Counted from the first letter of the stretch, positions 28,348-41,080 are shown. The stretch is DNA of 42,441 nucleotides from Escherichia coli (GCF_003334385.1 NZ_QOWN01000037.1), one strand, 5' to 3'. Translations and numbers: made by a program. The notes: generated by a model not told the origin, from the letters alone.

Positions 28348-29120
28348 TACTTGATTGTAAATCCGTAACGTTTAAAGATTTCCGCTGCCTGCGGTCCCTT
28401 CAGATAATCATAAAATGCTTTCACTGTCGCATTGTTATGCCCTTCCACAACAGCAACCGGATATTCCACTTTTTTATGTGAATCTTCCGGGAAGGTGGCA
28501 ACCACTTTTACCCCTTTGCTGGCAACTGCGTCAGAACCGTAGACAATGCCCAGAGGCGCTTCGTTACGTTCGACCAGCGCCAGCGCCCCACGAACATCTT
28601 CCGCTGGGGCCAGTTTCGGAGAGAGCGTATCCCATGCGCCCAGTTTTTGCAGTGCTTCTTTTGCATAAATGCCAGCGGGAACATGTTCCGGATCGCCAAC
28701 CGCCAGGCGACCGCCATTCAGCAGTGAAGTCCAGTTGGTTTTGCTGTCGATGGTGAAATCTTTCTGCACGCTGGCTTTCGGTGCTACAACGACCAGGCTA
28801 TTGCCGAGCAGTGTCTGACGCGTAGCTGTATCGATCGCTTTTTTATCAACCGCATAATCCATCCATTTCTGATCGGCAGAAATAAACAGATCCGCAGGCG
28901 CACCCGCTTCAATCTGACGGGCGAGAGTAGATGACGAAGCGAAAGAAGAAACCACATCCACGCCTTTCTCTTTTTTAAACTGCGTAGCAATGTCCTGCAT
29001 TGCGTTAGTCAGTGATGCGGCGGCGAACACCGTGATTTTCCCTTCATCTGCCAGTGCATTGCCAGCAACAGCGAAAGAGAGTGCCGCCCCGGCAAACAAG
29101 TTCAACCATTTACGAGCCAT
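28347..29120 (-). CDS. modA: Molybdate periplasmic binding protein
   Basis: 257 aa with signal peptide. Confidence 0.9.
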   Translation of the reverse strand: MARKWLNLFAGAALSFAVAGNALADEGKITVFAAASLTNAMQDIATQFKKEKGVDVVSSFASSSTLARQIEAGAPADLFISADQKWMDYAVDKKAIDTATRQTLLGNSLVVVAPKASVQKDFTIDSKTNWTSLLNGGRLAVGDPEHVPAGIYAKEALQKLGAWDTLSPKLAPAEDVRGALALVERNEAPLGIVYGSDAVASKGVKVVATFPEDSHKKVEYPVAVVEGHNNATVKAFYDYLKGPQAAEIFKRYGFTIK

Positions 29121-29129
29121 TGGTAACCC

Positions 29130-29163
29130 CTTAATGTAACGTTATGTAGGCGACAATATAACG
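29130..29163. promoter_or_regulatory. ModE operator at the modABC promoter
   Basis: CTTAATGTAACGTTATGTAGGCGACAATATAACG is the reverse complement of the known modA operator (CGTTATATTGTCGCCTACATAACGTTACATTAAG) as recalled. Confidence 0.6.
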
Positions 29164-29286
29164 ACTAACTCGGAATTTTCCCAGCAGTTATTGCTAACCT
29201 TTGTGAGGTAGATAAGAAAAAATATCGGCAGGAAAAGCAGGAAGTTGAGAAAAAGAAAATGCCCGACTAAGCGGGCATTCAGGGAA

Positions 29287-29454
<168 letters not shown>

Positions 29455-29564
29455 TCATGAGACTATTCTAACCGCTAAGCACAGAAAAGCACTCCCCTTT
29501 TGTGCGGTCAGCTTTGCGTGGCGTTCGTTTTCCGTCACAATAAGACTTTTGCCAGGACATTGTT

Positions 29565-30353
29565 ATGCAGGCCGAAATCCTTCTCACCCTTAAGCTCCAA
29601 CAAAAATTATTCGCCGACCCGCGCCGCATTTCGCTACTAAAACACATTGCGCTTTCCGGTTCCATTAGCCAGGGAGCGAAAGATGCCGGTATTAGCTATA
29701 AAAGCGCCTGGGATGCCATTAACGAGATGAATCAGTTAAGTGAGCATATTCTGGTCGAGCGCGCAACAGGCGGTAAAGGTGGCGGCGGCGCAGTACTGAC
29801 CCGCTATGGTCAGCGACTGATTCAGCTCTATGACTTACTGGCGCAAATCCAGCAAAAAGCCTTTGATGTGTTAAGTGACGATGACGCCCTGCCGCTGAAC
29901 AGCCTGCTGGCCGCGATCTCACGTTTTTCACTGCAAACCAGCGCCCGTAACCAGTGGTTCGGTACCATCACCGCCCGCGATCATGATGACGTTCAACAGC
30001 ATGTTGATGTCTTACTGGCTGACGGAAAAACACGCCTGAAAGTCGCAATTACCGCACAAAGCGGCGCGCGTCTGGGGCTGGATGAAGGCAAAGAAGTGTT
30101 GATATTGCTAAAAGCGCCGTGGGTAGGTATTACTCAGGACGAGGCGGTCGCGCAAAACGCTGACAACCAATTACCGGGTATTATTAGTCATATTGAGCGC
30201 GGCGCAGAGCAGTGCGAAGTATTAATGGCGCTACCCGACGGGCAAACACTGTGCGCCACAGTGCCGGTAAATGAAGCGACTTCTCTTCAGCAAGGACAGA
30301 ATGTCACGGCCTACTTTAATGCCGACAGCGTGATTATCGCCACGCTGTGCTAA
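29565..30353 (+). CDS. modE: Molybdate-responsive regulator ModE
   Basis: 262 aa. Confidence 0.9.
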   Translation: MQAEILLTLKLQQKLFADPRRISLLKHIALSGSISQGAKDAGISYKSAWDAINEMNQLSEHILVERATGGKGGGGAVLTRYGQRLIQLYDLLAQIQQKAFDVLSDDDALPLNSLLAAISRFSLQTSARNQWFGTITARDHDDVQQHVDVLLADGKTRLKVAITAQSGARLGLDEGKEVLILLKAPWVGITQDEAVAQNADNQLPGIISHIERGAEQCEVLMALPDGQTLCATVPVNEATSLQQGQNVTAYFNADSVIIATLC

Positions 30354-30420
30354 GCGTGTTGACAATTTGTTATGAAACACGTATCCCTGTCAGTAATCGC
30401 TGCACAAAGTGGGATATAAA

Positions 30421-31893
30421 ATGTCATCGTTGCAAATTTTGCAAGGCACGTTTCGTCTTAGCGACACAAAAACGCTGCAATTGCCTCAGCTAACGTTAAA
30501 CGCGGGTGATAGTTGGGCGTTTGTCGGTTCGAATGGAAGCGGGAAATCGGCCCTGGCCCGCGCGCTGGCGGGGGAACTTCCGCTTTTGAAAGGTGAACGG
30601 CAAAGCCAGTTTTCCCACATCACTCGTCTCTCCTTCGAGCAATTGCAAAAACTCGTCAGCGACGAATGGCAGCGGAATAACACCGATATGCTCGGCCCTG
30701 GCGAAGATGACACCGGACGCACTACGGCTGAGATCATTCAGGATGAAGTAAAGGATGCACCGCGTTGCATGCAACTGGCGCAGCAGTTCGGTATTACCGC
30801 CCTCCTCGACCGACGCTTTAAATACCTTTCCACTGGCGAGACGCGAAAAACCCTGCTGTGTCAGGCGCTGATGTCGGAGCCTGACTTGTTGATTCTTGAT
30901 GAGCCGTTCGATGGCCTGGATGTTGCCTCACGTCAGCAGCTGGCTGAGCGACTCGCCTCGTTACATCAGTCCGGTATTACTCTGGTACTGGTGCTCAATC
31001 GCTTCGATGAGATCCCGGAGTTTGTCCAGTTTGCTGGCGTGCTGGCGGATTGCACGTTAGCGGAAACTGGCGCTAAAGAGGAACTGCTCCAACAAGCACT
31101 CGTCGCGCAACTGGCGCATAGTGAACAGCTTGAAGGTGTGCAACTGCCGGAGCCGGATGAACCTTCAGCACGTCACGCCTTACCCGCCAACGAACCGCGC
31201 ATTGTGCTGAACAATGGCGTGGTTTCTTATAACGATCGCCCCATTCTTAATAACCTTAGCTGGCAGGTGAATCCAGGCGAACACTGGCAAATTGTCGGGC
31301 CAAATGGTGCAGGAAAATCGACGTTATTAAGCCTGGTTACTGGCGATCATCCGCAAGGTTACAGCAACGATTTGACGCTTTTCGGACGACGTCGCGGCAG
31401 CGGCGAAACCATCTGGGATATCAAAAAGCATATCGGTTACGTCAGCAGTAGTTTGCATCTGGATTACCGGGTCAGCACTACCGTGCGTAATGTGATTCTT
31501 TCTGGCTATTTTGATTCGATTGGCATTTATCAGGCCGTTTCGGATCGCCAGCAAAAACTGGTGCAGCAGTGGCTGGATATTCTCGGCATTGATAAACGCA
31601 CGGCTGACGCTCCGTTCCATAGTCTTTCCTGGGGACAGCAGCGTCTGGCGCTGATTGTCCGCGCACTGGTGAAACATCCGACGTTGCTTATTCTCGATGA
31701 ACCACTACAGGGGCTTGATCCGCTGAATCGCCAGCTTATCCGCCGTTTTGTTGATGTGCTGATTAGCGAAGGTGAAACGCAATTGTTGTTTGTTTCGCAC
31801 CACGCTGAAGATGCGCCTGCCTGTATTACCCATCGTCTTGAGTTCGTGCCGGACGGTGGACTCTATCGCTATGTGCTGACAAAAATATATTGA
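30421..31893 (+). CDS. modF: ABC-type ATPase ModF (two ATP-binding cassettes)
   Basis: 490 aa from MSSLQILQG; two Walker A motifs (GSNGSGKS, GPNGAGKS). Confidence 0.9.
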   Translation: MSSLQILQGTFRLSDTKTLQLPQLTLNAGDSWAFVGSNGSGKSALARALAGELPLLKGERQSQFSHITRLSFEQLQKLVSDEWQRNNTDMLGPGEDDTGRTTAEIIQDEVKDAPRCMQLAQQFGITALLDRRFKYLSTGETRKTLLCQALMSEPDLLILDEPFDGLDVASRQQLAERLASLHQSGITLVLVLNRFDEIPEFVQFAGVLADCTLAETGAKEELLQQALVAQLAHSEQLEGVQLPEPDEPSARHALPANEPRIVLNNGVVSYNDRPILNNLSWQVNPGEHWQIVGPNGAGKSTLLSLVTGDHPQGYSNDLTLFGRRRGSGETIWDIKKHIGYVSSSLHLDYRVSTTVRNVILSGYFDSIGIYQAVSDRQQKLVQQWLDILGIDKRTADAPFHSLSWGQQRLALIVRALVKHPTLLILDEPLQGLDPLNRQLIRRFVDVLISEGETQLLFVSHHAEDAPACITHRLEFVPDGGLYRYVLTKIY

Positions 31894-32059
31894 GTCGGTA
31901 GTGCTGACCTTGCCGGAGGCGGCCTTAGCGCCCTCTCCGGCCAACGGTTCGACGCATGCAGGCATGAAACCGCGTCTTTTTTCAGATAAAAAGCGCAATC
32001 ATTCATAAACCCTCTGTTTTATAATCACTTAATCGCGCATAAAAAACGGCTAAATTCTT

Positions 32060-32121
32060 GTGTAAACGATTCCACTAATTTATTCCATGTCACACTTTTC
32101 GCATCTTTGTTATGCTATGGT
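32060..32121 (+). promoter_or_regulatory. gal promoter region: OE operator, CRP site, P1/P2 -10 elements
   Basis: GTGTAAACGATTCCAC (OE, 32060-32075); TAATTTATTCCATGTCACACTTT (CRP site); TATGCTATGGTT (overlapping -10 hexamers). Confidence 0.75.
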
Positions 32122-32153
32122 TATTTCATACCATAAGCCTAATGGAGCGAATT

Positions 32154-33170
32154 ATGAGAGTTCTGGTTACCGGTGGTAGCGGTTACATTGGAAGTCATAC
32201 CTGTGTGCAATTACTGCAAAACGGTCATGATGTCATCATTCTTGATAACCTCTGTAACAGTAAGCGCAGCGTACTGCCTGTTATCGAGCGTTTAGGCGGC
32301 AAACATCCAACGTTTGTTGAAGGCGATATTCGTAACGAAGCGTTGATGACCGAGATCCTGCACGATCACGCTATCGACACCGTGATCCACTTCGCCGGGC
32401 TGAAAGCCGTGGGCGAATCGGTACAAAAACCGCTGGAATATTACGACAACAATGTCAACGGCACTCTGCGCCTGATTAGCGCCATGCGCGCCGCTAACGT
32501 CAAAAACTTTATTTTTAGCTCCTCCGCCACCGTTTATGGCGATCAGCCCAAAATTCCATACGTTGAAAGCTTCCCGACCGGCACACCGCAAAGCCCTTAC
32601 GGCAAAAGCAAGCTGATGGTGGAACAGATCCTCACCGATCTGCAAAAAGCCCAGCCGGACTGGAGCATTGCCCTGCTGCGCTACTTCAACCCGGTTGGCG
32701 CGCATCCGTCGGGCGATATGGGCGAAGATCCGCAAGGCATTCCGAATAACCTGATGCCATACATCGCCCAGGTTGCTGTAGGCCGTCGCGACTCGCTGGC
32801 GATTTTTGGTAACGATTATCCGACCGAAGATGGTACTGGCGTACGCGATTACATCCACGTAATGGATCTGGCGGACGGTCACGTCGTGGCGATGGAAAAA
32901 CTGGCGAACAAGCCAGGCGTACACATCTACAACCTCGGCGCTGGCGTAGGCAACAGCGTGCTGGACGTGGTTAATGCCTTCAGCAAAGCCTGCGGCAAAC
33001 CGGTTAATTATCATTTTGCACCGCGTCGCGAGGGCGACCTTCCGGCCTACTGGGCGGACGCCAGCAAAGCCGACCGTGAACTGAACTGGCGCGTAACGCG
33101 CACACTCGATGAAATGGCGCAGGACACCTGGCACTGGCAGTCACGCCATCCACAGGGATATCCCGATTAA
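32154..33170 (+). CDS. galE: UDP-glucose 4-epimerase
   Basis: 338 aa from MRVLVTGGSGYIGSH. Confidence 0.95.
   Translation: MRVLVTGGSGYIGSHTCVQLLQNGHDVIILDNLCNSKRSVLPVIERLGGKHPTFVEGDIRNEALMTEILHDHAIDTVIHFAGLKAVGESVQKPLEYYDNNVNGTLRLISAMRAANVKNFIFSSSATVYGDQPKIPYVESFPTGTPQSPYGKSKLMVEQILTDLQKAQPDWSIALLRYFNPVGAHPSGDMGEDPQGIPNNLMPYIAQVAVGRRDSLAIFGNDYPTEDGTGVRDYIHVMDLADGHVVAMEKLANKPGVHIYNLGAGVGNSVLDVVNAFSKACGKPVNYHFAPRREGDLPAYWADASKADRELNWRVTRTLDEMAQDTWHWQSRHPQGYPD
32173..32188 (+). promoter_or_regulatory. gal internal operator OI
   Basis: GTGGTAGCGGTTACAT inside the galE 5' coding region. Confidence 0.75.
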
Positions 33171-33179
33171 GGAACGACC

Positions 33180-34226
33180 ATGACGCAATTTAATCCCGTT
33201 GATCATCCACATCGCCGCTACAACCCGCTCACCGGGCAATGGATTCTGGTTTCACCGCACCGCGCTAAGCGCCCCTGGCAGGGGGCGCAGGAAACGCCAG
33301 CCAAACAGGTGTTACCTGCGCACGATCCAGATTGCTTCCTCTGCGCAGGTAATGTGCGGGTGACAGGCGATAAAAACCCCGATTACACCGGGACTTACGT
33401 TTTCACTAATGACTTTGCGGCTTTGATGTCTGACACGCCAGATGCGCCAGAAAGTCACGATCCGCTGATGCGTTGCCAGAGCGCGCGCGGCACCAGCCGG
33501 GTGATCTGCTTTTCACCGGATCACAGTAAAACGCTGCCAGAGCTCAGCGTTGCAGCATTGACGGAAATCGTCAAAACCTGGCAGGAGCAAACCGCAGAAC
33601 TGGGGAAAACGTACCCATGGGTGCAGGTTTTTGAAAACAAAGGCGCGGCGATGGGCTGCTCTAACCCGCATCCGCACGGTCAGATTTGGGCAAATAGCTT
33701 CCTGCCTAACGAAGCTGAGCGCGAAGACCGCCTGCAAAAAGAATATTTTGCCGAACAGAAATCACCAATGCTGGTGGATTATGTTCAGCGCGAGCTGGCA
33801 GACGGTAGCCGTACCGTTGTCGAAACCGAACACTGGTTAGCCGTCGTGCCTTACTGGGCTGCCTGGCCGTTCGAAACGCTACTGCTGCCCAAAGCCCACG
33901 TTTTACGGATCACCGATTTGACCGACGCCCAGCGCAGCGATCTGGCGCTGGCGTTGAAAAAGCTGACCAGTCGTTATGACAACCTCTTCCAGTGCTCCTT
34001 CCCCTACTCTATGGGCTGGCACGGCGCGCCATTTAATGGCGAAGAGAATCAACACTGGCAGCTGCACGCGCACTTTTATCCGCCTCTGCTGCGCTCCGCC
34101 ACCGTACGTAAATTTATGGTTGGTTATGAAATGCTGGCAGAGACCCAGCGAGACCTGACCGCAGAACAGGCAGCAGAGCGTTTGCGCGCAGTCAGCGATA
34201 TCCATTTTCGCGAATCCGGAGTGTAA
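33180..34226 (+). CDS. galT: Galactose-1-phosphate uridylyltransferase
   Basis: 348 aa. Confidence 0.95.
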
Positions 34227-34229
34227 GAA

Positions 34230-35378
34230 ATGAGTCTGAAAGAAAAAACACAATCTCTGTTTGCCAACGCATTTGGCTACCCTGCCACTCACACCATTCA
34301 GGCGCCTGGCCGCGTGAATTTGATTGGTGAACACACCGACTACAACGACGGTTTCGTTCTGCCCTGCGCGATTGATTATCAAACCGTGATCAGTTGTGCA
34401 CCACGCGATGACCGTAAAGTTCGCGTGATGGCAGCCGATTATGAAAATCAGCTCGACGAGTTTTCCCTCGATGCGCCCATTGTCGCACATGAAAACTATC
34501 AATGGGCTAACTACGTTCGTGGCGTGGTGAAACATCTGCAACTGCGTAACAACAGCTTCGGCGGCGTGGACATGGTGATCAGCGGCAATGTGCCGCAGGG
34601 TGCCGGGTTAAGTTCTTCCGCTTCACTGGAAGTCGCGGTCGGAACCGTATTGCAGCAGCTTTATCATCTGCCGCTGGACGGCGCACAAATCGCGCTTAAC
34701 GGTCAGGAAGCAGAAAACCAGTTTGTAGGCTGTAACTGCGGGATCATGGATCAGCTAATTTCCGCGCTCGGCAAGAAAGATCATGCCTTGCTGATCGATT
34801 GCCGCTCACTGGGGACCAAAGCAGTTTCCATGCCCAAAGGTGTGGCTGTCGTCATCATCAACAGTAACTTCAAACGTACCCTGGTTGGCAGCGAATACAA
34901 CACCCGTCGTGAACAGTGCGAAACCGGTGCGCGTTTCTTCCAGCAGCCAGCCCTGCGTGATGTCACCATTGAAGAGTTCAACGCTGTTGCGCATGAACTG
35001 GACCCGATCGTGGCAAAACGCGTGCGTCATATACTGACTGAAAACGCCCGCACCGTTGAAGCTGCCAGCGCGCTGGAGCAAGGCGACCTGAAACGTATGG
35101 GCGAGTTGATGGCGGAGTCTCATGCCTCTATGCGCGATGATTTCGAAATCACCGTGCCGCAAATTGACACTCTGGTAGAAATCGTCAAAGCTGTGATTGG
35201 CGACAAAGGTGGCGTACGCATGACCGGCGGCGGATTTGGCGGCTGTATCGTCGCGCTGATCCCGGAAGAGCTGGTGCCTGCCGTACAGCAAGCTGTCGCT
35301 GAACAATATGAAGCAAAAACAGGTATTAAAGAGACTTTTTACGTTTGTAAACCATCACAAGGAGCAGGACAGTGCTGA
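34230..35378 (+). CDS. galK: Galactokinase
   Basis: 382 aa, GHMP kinase motifs. Confidence 0.95.
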
Positions 35379-36412
35379 ACGAAACTCCCGCACTGGCACC
35401 CGATGGTCAGCCGTACCGACTGTTAACTTTGCGTAACAACGCAGGGATGGTAGTCACGCTGATGGACTGGGGTGCGACTTTACTTTCCGCCCGTATTCCG
35501 CTTTCCGATGGCAGCGTCCGCGAGGCGCTGCTCGGCTGTGCCAGCCCGGAATGCTATCAGGATCAGGCCGCGTTTCTGGGGGCCTCTATTGGTCGTTATG
35601 CCAACCGTATCGCCAATAGCCGTTATACCTTTGACGGTGAAACCGTGACGCTTTCGCCAAGTCAGGGCGTTAACCAGCTGCACGGCGGGCCGGAAGGGTT
35701 CGACAAACGTCGCTGGCAGATTGTGAACCAGAACGATCGTCAGGTGCTGTTTGCCCTGAGTTCAGATGATGGTGATCAGGGCTTCCCGGGTAATCTCGGC
35801 GCGACGGTGCAATATCGTCTGACCGACGATAACCGTATCTCCATTACTTATCGCGCCACAGTTGATAAACCTTGCCCGGTGAATATGACTAATCACGTCT
35901 ATTTCAATCTTGACGGCGAGCAGTCTGACGTGCGCAATCACAAGTTGCAGATTCTGGCGGACGAATATCTGCCGGTTGATGAAGGCGGCATTCCGCACGA
36001 CGGCCTGAAATCTGTCGCCGGAACGTCTTTTGATTTCCGCAGCGCCAAAATCATCGCCAGTGAGTTTCTTGCCGACGACGATCAGCGCAAAGTGAAAGGT
36101 TACGATCACGCATTCTTGTTACAGGCCAAAGGCGATGGCAAGAAAGTGGCGGCGCATGTCTGGTCAGCAGATGAAAAATTGCAGCTGAAGGTCTACACCA
36201 CCGCTCCGGCTCTGCAATTCTACTCCGGCAACTTCCTCGGCGGCACACCGTCGCGGGGAACCGAACCTTACGCCGACTGGCAAGGGCTGGCTCTGGAAAG
36301 CGAGTTTCTACCGGACAGCCCGAACCACCCTGAATGGCCGCAACCGGACTGCTTCCTGCGTCCTGGCGAAGAGTATTCCAGCCTGACGGAATATCAGTTT
36401 ATTGCTGAGTAA
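35372..36412 (+). CDS. galM: Aldose 1-epimerase (galactose mutarotase)
   Basis: 346 aa; overlaps the galK end. Confidence 0.95.
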
Positions 36413-36613
36413 TGTTACGCCCTCGTCATGAGGGCTTTATCTCATATTGTTCAAATCACCAGCAAACACCGACATATTTGCAACTCAATATTCACAACAA
36501 CCTTACACTGCGCCACTATTTTCGCTATGGTTATGCGTAAGCATTGCTGTTGCTTCGTCGCGGCAATATAATGAGAATTATTATCATTAAAAGATGATTT
36601 GAGGAGTAAGTAT

Positions 36614-37366
36614 ATGGCTGTAACTAAGCTGGTTCTGGTTCGTCATGGCGAAAGTCAGTGGAACAAAGAAAACCGTTTCACCGGTTGGTACGACGTGGAT
36701 CTGTCTGAGAAAGGCGTAAGCGAAGCAAAAGCAGCAGGTAAGCTGCTGAAAGAGGAAGGTTACAGCTTTGACTTTGCTTACACTTCTGTGCTGAAACGCG
36801 CTATCCATACCCTGTGGAATGTGCTGGACGAACTGGATCAGGCATGGCTGCCCGTTGAGAAATCCTGGAAACTGAACGAACGTCACTACGGTGCGTTGCA
36901 GGGTCTGAACAAAGCGGAAACTGCTGAAAAGTATGGCGACGAGCAGGTGAAACAGTGGCGTCGTGGTTTTGCAGTGACTCCGCCGGAACTGACTAAAGAT
37001 GATGAGCGTTATCCGGGTCACGATCCGCGTTACGCGAAACTGAGCGAGAAAGAACTGCCGCTGACGGAAAGCCTGGCGCTGACCATTGACCGCGTGATCC
37101 CTTACTGGAATGAAACTATTCTGCCGCGTATGAAGAGCGGTGAGCGCGTGATCATCGCTGCACACGGTAACTCTTTACGTGCGCTGGTGAAATATCTTGA
37201 TAACATGAGCGAAGAAGAGATTCTTGAGCTTAATATCCCGACTGGCGTGCCGCTGGTGTATGAGTTCGACGAGAATTTCAAACCGCTGAAACGCTATTAT
37301 CTGGGTAATGCTGACGAGATCGCAGCGAAAGCAGCGGCGGTTGCAAACCAGGGTAAAGCGAAGTAA
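36614..37366 (+). CDS. gpmA: 2,3-bisphosphoglycerate-dependent phosphoglycerate mutase
   Basis: 250 aa from [17 protein letters not shown] (RHGE motif). Confidence 0.95.
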
Positions 37367-37388
37367 ACGTCATTCGTTTAAAATGAGA

Positions 37389-37417
37389 AAGCCGACTGCA
37401 AGTGAGTCGGCTTTTTT
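37389..37417 (+). terminator. gpmA rho-independent terminator
   Basis: AAAGCCGACTGCAAGTGAGTCGGCTTTTTT. Confidence 0.7.
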
Positions 37418-37523
37418 GTTGCTAACAATGGAGCACATTGCCTGATGCGACGCTGCGCGACTTATCAGGCCTGTGGTGATTCATCGGATACGCCACTCTG
37501 ACGGCGCATCCGACAATTAAACC

Positions 37524-38576
37524 TTACCCGCGACGCGCTTTTACTGCATTCGCCAGTTGACGTAACAGAGCATCGGTATCTTCCCAGCCGATGCAGGCAT
37601 CGGTGATGCTCTTACCGTAGGCCAGCGGCTCCCCGCTCTCGAGGCTCTGATTGCCTTCCACCAGATGGCTTTCCACCATCACGCCAATAATGGCCTTTTC
37701 GCCACCGGCAATCTGCTGGCAAACGTCAGCACAAACATCCATCTGCTTTTTGAATTGTTTGGACGAGTTAGCATGGCTGAAATCGATCATCACCTGTGCT
37801 GGCAGGCCTGCTTTGTTCAGCCCTTCTTTCACTTCAGCAACGTGCTTCGCGCTGTAGTTAGGCTCTTTACCGCCGCGCAGAATGATATGGCAATCGCCGT
37901 TACCGCTGGTATTCACAATCGCCGAATGCCCCCATTTCGTTACGGACAGGAAGCAGTGCGGCGCACCGGCGGCATTAATGGCATCGATAGCCACTTTAAT
38001 CGTACCGTCGGTGCCATTTTTGAAGCCGACCGGACAAGAAAGCCCTGATGCCAGTTCGCGGTGCACCTGCGATTCGGTGGTACGTGCGCCAATTGCGCCC
38101 CAGCTCATCAGGTCAGCGAGATATTGTGGGGTGATCATATCGAGAAACTCACCTGCCGCTGGCAGACCGCTGTCGTTAATATCAAGCAGCAATTTACGGG
38201 CTATACGCAGACCGTCGTTGATCTGGAAGCTATTATCCATATGCGGATCGTTAATCAGCCCTTTCCAGCCCACCGTGGTACGCGGCTTTTCAAAATAGAC
38301 GCGCATTACGATTTCCAGCTCATCTTTCAGCTCTTCACGCAGCGCCAGCAAGCGAGTGGCATACTCTTTTGCCGCGACAGGATCATGAATTGAGCATGGG
38401 CCAATCACAACCAACAGGCGATCATCATTACCTTTCAGGATCTTATGGATCGCTTTTCGGGCATGGGCAACCGTATTCGCGGCATTTTCAGTAGCGGGGA
38501 ATTTTTCCAGCAATGCGACAGGAGGAAGTAACTCTTTGATTTCTTTGATGCGTAAATCGTCGTTCTGATAATTCAT
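37524..38576 (-). CDS. aroG: Phe-sensitive DAHP synthase
   Basis: 350 aa. Confidence 0.95.
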   Translation of the reverse strand: MNYQNDDLRIKEIKELLPPVALLEKFPATENAANTVAHARKAIHKILKGNDDRLLVVIGPCSIHDPVAAKEYATRLLALREELKDELEIVMRVYFEKPRTTVGWKGLINDPHMDNSFQINDGLRIARKLLLDINDSGLPAAGEFLDMITPQYLADLMSWGAIGARTTESQVHRELASGLSCPVGFKNGTDGTIKVAIDAINAAGAPHCFLSVTKWGHSAIVNTSGNGDCHIILRGGKEPNYSAKHVAEVKEGLNKAGLPAQVMIDFSHANSSKQFKKQMDVCADVCQQIAGGEKAIIGVMVESHLVEGNQSLESGEPLAYGKSITDACIGWEDTDALLRQLANAVKARRG

Positions 38577-38646
38577 GTCTGTTCCAGTGTTGCCATACTT
38601 ATCTTAGTGAATGCAATACTTCCAATCTATATCTTCCGTCAGAATG

Positions 38647-38664
38647 TGTAAACGGGGTTTTACA
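38647..38664. promoter_or_regulatory. TyrR box upstream of aroG
   Basis: TGTAAACGGGGTTTTACA fits TGTAAA-N6-TTTACA. Confidence 0.65.
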
Positions 38665-38891
38665 CTATGAACGGATTAATCCTGGAATTAGCAAGAAAAA
38701 CGCCAGATTGTCGCGAAAAACGAGATCTCTCCTACAATTTCTAACTGTAACTCCTTTGTTTGTTAATTATTTCAAGATTCTCTGCTGCGTTTCATAACCT
38801 GGCTGAAATCTTAAACCAATGCCTTATATTCACCTGCAAATGCACTGTTGGAAGAGGTTATCCGACATAACGACCATAACAGGAGCATCCT

Positions 38892-39272
38892 ATGAAAATG
38901 ACAAAACTGGCCACATTATTTCTGACTGCCACTCTAAGCCTTGCCAGCGGTGCCGCACTGGCTGCCGATAGCGGAGCGCAAACTAATAACGGCCAGGCAA
39001 ACGCCGCAGCTGATGCGGGCCAGGTAGCCCCTGACGCCCGTGAAAATGTCGCGCCAAATAACGTCGACAATAACGGGGTAAATACCGGTTCTGGCGGCAC
39101 AATGCTGCATTCGGATGGTTCTTCAATGAACAATGACGGAATGACCAAAGATGAAGAGCACAAGAACACCATGTGCAAAGATGGTCGCTGTCCGGATATC
39201 AATAAAAAGGTACAAACCGGTGATGGCATCAATAATGATGTCGATACCAAAACCGACGGTACCACGCAGTAA
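38892..39272 (+). CDS. ybgS: Secreted protein YbgS
   Basis: 126 aa with signal peptide, low-complexity N/D/G-rich. Confidence 0.85.
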
Positions 39273-39385
39273 CCCTGCAAAATAGCCAATAATGGGAGAG
39301 CGGAGTCTCTCCCTTTTAATTTTTCACTTCTAAAAGCAGTATGATGTCATAAAGTTAAGTGAGAATAATTAAGGGATGACTCGTC

Positions 39386-40327
39386 ATGGCGCACTCACAC
39401 TCACACACGTCCTCACACCTGCCAGAAGATAATAATGCTCGTCGCTTGTTGTATGCTTTCGGCGTGACTGCCGGGTTTATGCTGGTAGAAGTCGTTGGTG
39501 GTTTTCTTTCTGGTTCTCTGGCATTGCTGGCCGATGCGGGTCATATGTTGACCGATACTGCCGCCCTGCTTTTCGCCCTACTCGCCGTGCAATTTTCACG
39601 TCGTCCTCCCACCATTCGCCACACTTTCGGTTGGCTAAGACTGACCACGCTCGCGGCGTTTGTGAATGCCATAGCCCTCGTGGTAATTACCATTTTGATT
39701 GTCTGGGAGGCGATAGAACGCTTCCGCACGCCGCGTCCGGTCGAGGGCGGCATGATGATGGCAATTGCCGTGGCTGGGTTGCTGGCAAATATACTTTCTT
39801 TCTGGTTACTTCATCACGGCAGCGAAGAGAAAAACCTCAACGTACGAGCAGCGGCACTGCATGTGCTCGGGGACCTGCTGGGTTCGGTTGGGGCTATTAT
39901 TGCCGCGTTGATTATTATCTGGACTGGCTGGACACCTGCTGACCCCATTCTCTCGATACTGGTGTCGCTTCTGGTTCTGCGTAGCGCGTGGCGACTGTTG
40001 AAAGATAGCGTGAATGAATTACTTGAAGGTGCACCGGTATCGCTGGATATCGCTGAACTGAAGCGTCGTATGTGCCGGGAAATCCCGGAAGTCCGCAATG
40101 TGCACCATGTACATGTATGGATGGTAGGCGAGAAGCCGGTGATGACGTTGCATGTGCAGGTGATCCCGCCACACGATCACGATGCCTTGTTGGATCAGAT
40201 CCAACACTACCTGATGGATCACTATCAGATTGAGCACGCCACCATTCAGATGGAATATCAACCTTGTCATGGGCCAGACTGCCACCTGAATGAAGGGGTG
40301 TCTGGCCATTCACATCATCACCATTAA
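39386..40327 (+). CDS. zitB: Zn(II) efflux cation-diffusion-facilitator transporter
   Basis: 313 aa; His-rich termini. Confidence 0.9.
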
Positions 40328-41043
40328 TGGGACAGCGCGCGTGAGCCTCTTTCACGTGCGCTGTTGATCCACATCCGGCTGCCGTTGAGCGCAATAAAGG
40401 TCAGGATGATGTACTCCAGAGACATGGCGTAAACGCCCTGAAGTGCAAAAATAACGACGCTAATCACGTTAATAATCACCCACAACAGCCAGTTTTCCAC
40501 ATACTTACGCGTCATCAGAATCATTGCCACGATAGATAACACCATCATGCATGAATCCCAGAACGGGAAAGCGTCCGGTTGCAGTTCAGGCATCACAACC
40601 TGTAATCCTAATGCTTGCATGATCATGACTGCCACGCGGGTCAAAAATGCAAACACCGGATTGATAAATACCGTCATCAGACCAATCGAAACAACGCAAA
40701 CCGCCAACCAGCTGAGTGCCTTCGGCAATGGCAACCAGCGAATTTTCAACTCCGCCTCGTTCTGACTGGTTTGTCGCGACCACGCATACCAACCGTAAAT
40801 ATTCGCGGCAAAGAAAAACACCTGTAATAGCAGGCTGGCATACAGCTGAATCAGAAAGAAAATAATGCCAAACAAGGTGACGTTGATCAGGCCAAAGAAG
40901 TAGTTGCTGATCTTCTCCAGACTGGCAAGGCCAATACACAGCAACCCGGCGATCGTGCCTACCGCTTCGATCCATGAGAGATCATAACCGCCTGCCCCTA
41001 TTGGTATATGTACCAGGATATTCTGCACACTAAAAAAATCCAT
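40324..41043 (-). CDS. pnuC: Nicotinamide riboside transporter
   Basis: 239-aa membrane protein. Confidence 0.9.
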   Translation of the reverse strand: MDFFSVQNILVHIPIGAGGYDLSWIEAVGTIAGLLCIGLASLEKISNYFFGLINVTLFGIIFFLIQLYASLLLQVFFFAANIYGWYAWSRQTSQNEAELKIRWLPLPKALSWLAVCVVSIGLMTVFINPVFAFLTRVAVMIMQALGLQVVMPELQPDAFPFWDSCMMVLSIVAMILMTRKYVENWLLWVIINVISVVIFALQGVYAMSLEYIILTFIALNGSRMWINSARERGSRALSH

Positions 41044-41080
41044 CTTTCCCCCAAAGCGTAACGTTACGCCTTATTATTCG

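Noticed and set aside
32292-33134. 280-aa minus-strand ORF inside galE
   Set aside because: Antisense to galE; shadow ORF.
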